From Prevotella sp. (GTDB lineage Bacteria; Bacteroidota; Bacteroidia; Bacteroidales; Bacteroidaceae): a DNA stretch of 64,000 nt. Positions 59,401-64,000 of this stretch are shown in pieces; within the stretch, counting starts at the first letter, position 1; every line of letters starts with the position of its first letter. The stretch lies in contig JAILEG010000041.1 in the NCBI GenBank assembly GCA_024688365.1, positions 1,108 through 65,107 on the forward strand. The letters run 5' to 3'. The translations under genes were made by a program, and so were the position numbers. Under the pieces are notes generated by a model. It had not been told where the DNA came from and made no database searches. It saw nothing but the letters and a program-made list of their open reading frames with translations.

Positions 59401-60948
59401 ATGGCACAAGAGGATGTTTTCAAGAAGATTGTGAGCCACTGCAAGGAGTATGGCTTTGTCTTCCCAAGTAGTGATATCTATGATGGTCTCGCAGCGGTTT
59501 ACGACTACGGTCAGAACGGTGTTGAGCTGAAGAACAATATCAAGCAGTACTGGTGGCAGTCAATGGTGCTGCTGCACAGCAACATCGTCGGTATCGACGC
59601 TTCCATCTTCATGCACCCCACGGTGTGGAAGGCGAGCGGGCATGTTGACGCTTTCAATGACCCTCTGATTGACAACCGTGACTCAAAGAAACGCTACCGC
59701 GCCGACAACCTCATTGAGGATCAGATAGGCAAGTACGAGGAGAAGGTTGAGAAGGAGGTTGCCAAGGCTGCCAAGAAGTTCGGTGACGCTTTCGATGAGG
59801 CTAAGTTCCGTGAGACCAACCCACGTGTCCTGGAGAACCAGAAAAAGCGTGACGCGCTGCATGCCCGTTACACTGAGGCCATGCAGGGGCCTGACCTGGA
59901 GGCACTGAAGCAGATCATTATTGATGAGGAGATTGTCGACCCGATCAGCGGAACGAAGAACTGGACGGACGTGCGCCAGTTCAATCTCATGTTCTCCACC
60001 GAGATGGGAGCCTCGGCTGATGCGGCAAGTAAGATCTATCTGCGTCCGGAGACGGCCCAGGGCATCTTTGTCAACTTCCTCAACGTGCAGAAGACCGGGC
60101 GCATGAAGCTGCCGTTCGGTATCTGTCAGATAGGCAAGGCATTCCGCAATGAGATTGTTGCCCGTCAGTTCGTCTTCCGTATGCGTGAGTTCGAGCAGAT
60201 GGAGATGCAGTTCTTCTGCCAGCCAGGCACTGAGATGAAGTGGTTTGAATACTGGAAGAAACACCGCCTGGCATGGCATGAGGCCTTGGGCATGGGTGAT
60301 GAGAACTACCGCTTCCATGACCATGAGAAGCTGGCCCACTATGCCAATGCCGCCACTGACATTGAGTTCCACATGCCGTTCGGATTCAAGGAGGTTGAGG
60401 GCATCCACTCCCGCACCAACTTCGACCTTGCCCAGCATGAGAAGTTCTCCGGCCGTCAGATCAAGTACTTCGATCCGGAACTGAACGAGAACTACACGCC
60501 GTATGACGTTGAGACCTCAATTGGTGTCGACCGTATGTTCCTCTCCGTCATGTGCCACAGCTACACTGAGGAGCAGCTGGAGAACGGTTCCAGCCGTGTT
60601 GTCCTGAAGCTGCCCGAGCCACTGGCACCGGTCAAGTGCGCCGTGCTGCCGCTGGTGAACAAGGACGGTCTGCCGGAGAAGGCACAGGAGATTGTGAACA
60701 GTCTGAAGTTCCACTTCAACACCCACATGGAGGCCAAGGACTCCATCGGCAAGCGTTACCGCCGCCAGGATGCCATCGGCACCCCGTTCTGCGTCACCGT
60801 TGACGGCGACACGCTGAATGACAACACCGTCACCCTGCGTTACCGTGACTCAATGAAGCAGGAGCGTGTGCCGGTTGAGAAGCTGCGTGAGATTATCGAG
60901 GACCGTGTCTCCATCACTTCCCTCCTTAAGAAGATTGATATTGACTAA
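59401..60948 (+). CDS. glyQS: Glycine--tRNA ligase, alpha2 (eukaryote/archaea-like) type; start moved to ATG 59401
   Basis: YLRPETAQGIF, GKAFRNEI, FRMREFEQME, SIGKRYRRQDAIGTP. Confidence 0.95.
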   Translation: MAQEDVFKKIVSHCKEYGFVFPSSDIYDGLAAVYDYGQNGVELKNNIKQYWWQSMVLLHSNIVGIDASIFMHPTVWKASGHVDAFNDPLIDNRDSKKRYRADNLIEDQIGKYEEKVEKEVAKAAKKFGDAFDEAKFRETNPRVLENQKKRDALHARYTEAMQGPDLEALKQIIIDEEIVDPISGTKNWTDVRQFNLMFSTEMGASADAASKIYLRPETAQGIFVNFLNVQKTGRMKLPFGICQIGKAFRNEIVARQFVFRMREFEQMEMQFFCQPGTEMKWFEYWKKHRLAWHEALGMGDENYRFHDHEKLAHYANAATDIEFHMPFGFKEVEGIHSRTNFDLAQHEKFSGRQIKYFDPELNENYTPYDVETSIGVDRMFLSVMCHSYTEEQLENGSSRVVLKLPEPLAPVKCAVLPLVNKDGLPEKAQEIVNSLKFHFNTHMEAKDSIGKRYRRQDAIGTPFCVTVDGDTLNDNTVTLRYRDSMKQERVPVEKLREIIEDRVSITSLLKKIDID

Positions 60949-60970
60949 TCGTTGTGAGGTCACAAAGGCT

Positions 60971-61633
60971 ATGACAGAAAAGATAAAGTTTGTCCTTCAC
61001 CGTGCCGCGGGCATCCTCAGCCTTAGCGGCCTGCTGCTCTCTTCGGGCATCCTGTCCTCCTGCTCGGAGGATAAGGACACCGTGGAGGAGTTTGCCAACT
61101 GGCAGTCGGCCAACGACACCTACTGGTCCAGTCTCTACAAGACCACCCAGCAGAAGATTGCCTCCGGCGACAATTCGTGGAAGATGATTCTGAACTATAC
61201 GTTCCAGAACCAGTCCAGTCCGTCAGGGGCAGCCATCAGCTACCGTCCTGAGAACTATGTCATCGTGCATGTCGAGGAGTCCGGCACCGGAACCAAAAGC
61301 CCGCTCTACTCCGATTCAGTCGCCGTGCATTACCAGGGACGCATGATCCCGTCAGCAACTTACACTGCCGGGCTTATTTTTGACACCTCATGGGCAGGCG
61401 ACACCTTCAATGCGGCCATCTCACGTCCTGCACATTTGTATGCAGGCGGTGTAGTTGATGGCTTTTCCACAGCCCTGCAGCAGATGCACAAGGGTGACCA
61501 CTGGACGGTCTACGTGCCTTACCAGTTAGGCTATGGTGCCACAGCGAAGGGAAGCGTGCAGGCTTACTCCACCCTTATATTCGACCTTCGGCTGGCCGAC
61601 TTTGCCAGAGCGGGAAGGCGACTCTCCGATTAG
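60971..61633 (+). CDS. FKBP-type peptidyl-prolyl isomerase, lipoprotein
   Basis: Lipobox LSSC; VHYQG, GFSTALQQMHKGD, VPYQLGYG, YSTLIFD. Confidence 0.9.
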   Translation: MTEKIKFVLHRAAGILSLSGLLLSSGILSSCSEDKDTVEEFANWQSANDTYWSSLYKTTQQKIASGDNSWKMILNYTFQNQSSPSGAAISYRPENYVIVHVEESGTGTKSPLYSDSVAVHYQGRMIPSATYTAGLIFDTSWAGDTFNAAISRPAHLYAGGVVDGFSTALQQMHKGDHWTVYVPYQLGYGATAKGSVQAYSTLIFDLRLADFARAGRRLSD

Positions 61634-61812
61634 CAGGAGGGAAGTTGTCAGCTCTCTCCGGTCTCAGCCTCGCAGGTTGGTGGCACATGGCGGGCTGGCA
61701 GGGAAGATAATTACCATCAGGGACACACGTCCCCGTCAGTCCGCCTGAAAAAAGGAGCGGATGTACGGGAGCGTATGTCCCCTTTTTGTCCTTTTTCAGT
61801 TTAGATGCTTTT

Positions 61813-63249
61813 ATGATATTCAGCAAATCCATATCCGATGCGCTCCTTGCCAAGATTCGTGGTGGAGAGGAGATCACGATGGGCGAGAAGCTCAACCTCA
61901 TCGTCCAGTTGAGCATCCCCTCCATCCTCGCGCAGGTCACCACGGTTATGATGTTCTATATTGATGCCTCAATGGTGGGCTCGCTCGGTGCTGAGGCCTC
62001 GGCCGCCATCGGCCTTGTGGAGCCTGCCACGTGGCTGTTCGGCTCACTGGTGAGCGCGGCTTCCATGGGATTCTCCGTTCAGGCAGCCCATTTCATCGGG
62101 GCCAACGACTTTGCGCAGGCACGGTCGCTGATGCGGCACGGCTACGTCTTTGGACTTGCCTTCTCCTTCCTGCTCATGCTGGTGGCATTGCTCATAGCCC
62201 CCTATCTGCCAGGGTGGCTGGGTGGCGGTGCCGACATTCAGCATGACGCGATGCTTTATTTCATCATCTTCTCCTTCGCAGCCCCCGTCCATCTCGTTGA
62301 GACGCTGTCGGCCTCTATGCTGAAGGTCTCCGGTGACATGCGCCACCCCAGCCTCATCGCCGTGCTGATGTGCTTCTTCGATGTGATCTTCAATTTTCTG
62401 TTCATCTTCCCCACGCGTACCTTATCTGTAGCAGGTCTCCAGTTCACCATGCCTGGCTTCGGACTTGGTGTGTCGGGTGCGGCCATCGGCACGTTGCTGG
62501 CTTACGTCTCGGCAGCCCTGCCGCTGGTTTACTTCGCCGTCTTCCGCAGCAGCATCCTGGCATGGCGGCAGGATGCCGTCCGCTTCGTCTGGCGCTGGCG
62601 GTATATATGGAATGCGCTGAAGATTGGTGCGCCGATGGCCTTGCAGTACCTGCTCATGAATGGTGCGCAGCTCGTCTCTACGATGATTGTCGCACCGCTG
62701 GGCAACTTCTCCATTGCCGCCCATTCCTTTGCCATCACGGCGGAGAGCCTCTGCTACATGCCCGGCTTCGGTATCGGCGAGGCGGCAACCACTCTGGTGG
62801 GGCAGAGCGTGGGGGCCGGCAGGCGCGAGCTGTGCTGGAGCTTCGCCCGCATGACGGTCCTCTCAGGTATGGTGGTGATGGCACTGATGGGCATCGTGAT
62901 GTATGTCTTCGCGCCGGAGATGATAGGCATCCTCTCACCCGTGACTGAGATCCGTGAGCTGGGTACGGCCGTCCTGCGCATAGAGGCATTTGCCGAGCCG
63001 TTCTTCGCTGCGGCCATCGTCTCCTACAGTGTCTGCCTGGGAGCTGGCGACACGCTCCGCCCTTCCTTCATCAACCTGGGCAGCATGTGGCTGGTCCGCC
63101 TCACCTTGGCTTATGCCCTTGCGTCCCGTTACGGCCTGCGTGGTGTCTGGTTTGCTATGGCTGTTGAGCTTACGTTCCGTGGCATCTCCTTTCTTGTCTA
63201 TCTGTTCATGCGCTTCAGACGGCCTAAGGCTGCCCCTTCGGTGGCTTAG
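61813..63249 (+). CDS. MATE family efflux transporter
   Basis: About 12 TM segments; DASMVGSLG, GVSGAAIGT, GLRGVWFA. Confidence 0.92.
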   Translation: MIFSKSISDALLAKIRGGEEITMGEKLNLIVQLSIPSILAQVTTVMMFYIDASMVGSLGAEASAAIGLVEPATWLFGSLVSAASMGFSVQAAHFIGANDFAQARSLMRHGYVFGLAFSFLLMLVALLIAPYLPGWLGGGADIQHDAMLYFIIFSFAAPVHLVETLSASMLKVSGDMRHPSLIAVLMCFFDVIFNFLFIFPTRTLSVAGLQFTMPGFGLGVSGAAIGTLLAYVSAALPLVYFAVFRSSILAWRQDAVRFVWRWRYIWNALKIGAPMALQYLLMNGAQLVSTMIVAPLGNFSIAAHSFAITAESLCYMPGFGIGEAATTLVGQSVGAGRRELCWSFARMTVLSGMVVMALMGIVMYVFAPEMIGILSPVTEIRELGTAVLRIEAFAEPFFAAAIVSYSVCLGAGDTLRPSFINLGSMWLVRLTLAYALASRYGLRGVWFAMAVELTFRGISFLVYLFMRFRRPKAAPSVA

Positions 63250-63266
63250 TGCCCGCCAATGGGCCA

Positions 63267-63355
63267 GTACCTGATGCCGAAGTAGTGGAATACTTCACGT
63301 AAAGTAGTCCGGTACTTCGGCTGCAATACTCCAGTACTTCATGTGAAGTATCCTG
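63267..63355 (+). repeat. Intergenic repeat family B, copy 3
   Basis: Lead-in GTACCTGATGCCG and 22-bp units at 63290, 63312 and 63334. Confidence 0.9.
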
Positions 63356-63376
63356 CGGCTCCTGCCAGTGGGAATG

Positions 63377-63425
63377 ACAGGAAACGGCTGCCTCCATCAG
63401 GAAAGCAGCCGTTTCCTGTTTCTTT
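63377..63425 (+). terminator. Intrinsic terminator after MATE gene
   Basis: ACAGGAAACGGCTGC...GCAGCCGTTTCCTGT followed by T-rich tail. Confidence 0.7.
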
Positions 63426-63452
63426 TCTGCCATTCTGTCAGTTCTCTTTCCT

Positions 63453-63467
63453 TGGCATGCCATTTGT
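63453..63467 (+). promoter_or_regulatory. Sigma54-like -24/-12 motif upstream of dnaK
   Basis: TGGCATG-CCAT-TTGT, near match to TGGCACG-N4-TTGC. Confidence 0.45.
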
Positions 63468-63566
63468 CTAAGTCTCAGCGTGCGATTGAGCCCGGCTGGA
63501 CGTTGGCGGTCTTGGACAGTCGTACACGAAACAGGAAAATAATAATAAAAAATAGAATATACAATT

Positions 63567-64000
63567 ATGGGAAAGATTATTGGAATCGACTTAGGAACAA
63601 CAAACTCATGTGTTTCCGTTTTTGAAGGCAATGAGCCTGTGGTAATCGCCAACAGCGAGGGCAAGCGCACGACACCGTCAGTTGTCGGCTTCGTTGAGGG
63701 AGGCGAGCGTAAGGTGGGCGATCCTGCCAAGCGTCAGGCCATTACCAACCCACAGAAGACCATCTACTCCATCAAGCGTTTCATGGGCGAGACTTACGAC
63801 CAGAGCAAGAAGGAGGTTGACCGCGTACCGTTCACAGTCGTAAACGAGGGAGGCTACCCACGCGTGCAGATTGACGACCGCAAGTATACCCCGCAGGAAA
63901 TCTCAGCTATGGTGCTGCAGAAGATGAAGAAGACCGCTGAGGACTATCTCGGCCAGGAGGTGACCGATGCTGTCATTACCGTTCCGGCTTACTTCTCCGA
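63567..64000 (+). CDS. dnaK: Chaperone DnaK (3'-truncated by window edge; absent from ORF track)
   Basis: Translates as [38 protein letters not shown]...AVITVPAYF. Confidence 0.98.
   Translation, partial: MGKIIGIDLGTTNSCVSVFEGNEPVVIANSEGKRTTPSVVGFVEGGERKVGDPAKRQAITNPQKTIYSIKRFMGETYDQSKKEVDRVPFTVVNEGGYPRVQIDDRKYTPQEISAMVLQKMKKTAEDYLGQEVTDAVITVPAYFS

Overview
A 64-kb chromosomal window of a Bacteroidales bacterium, most likely Prevotella-like (TAnnTTTG -7 promoter boxes, Q after signal peptides, short Prevotella-type T9SS C-termini). It is mostly core genome: yceD-rpmF-fabH-era-der, mlaEF, lptB-tig-clpP-clpX-recQ-guaB-two PPIases-OstA-like-mutL-ompA, asd, tcdA, asnS-rluB-purB, two tRNA-Val, tRNA-Leu, parC, glycine--tRNA ligase, a MATE transporter and the 5' part of dnaK. 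The main accessory signal is two unrelated-looking large secreted proteins (961 and 1708 aa) with T9SS-type C-termini. Each is followed directly by a ~70-aa acidic peptide gene of one family (Y5/P8/E11/I12/G19 ... AK ... WDD-stop) and bracketed by its own promoter and terminator. Other observations: three families of small intergenic repeats, sigma54-like -24/-12 motifs before clpP and dnaK, a prion-like GGY-repeat extension on RluB, a repeat-expanded OstA/LptA-like protein, and a candidate leader/arrest peptide in a tRNA-bounded islet. No CRISPR array, rRNA, integrase or intact transposase was seen. All functional calls are by motif recognition only; no searches were run.
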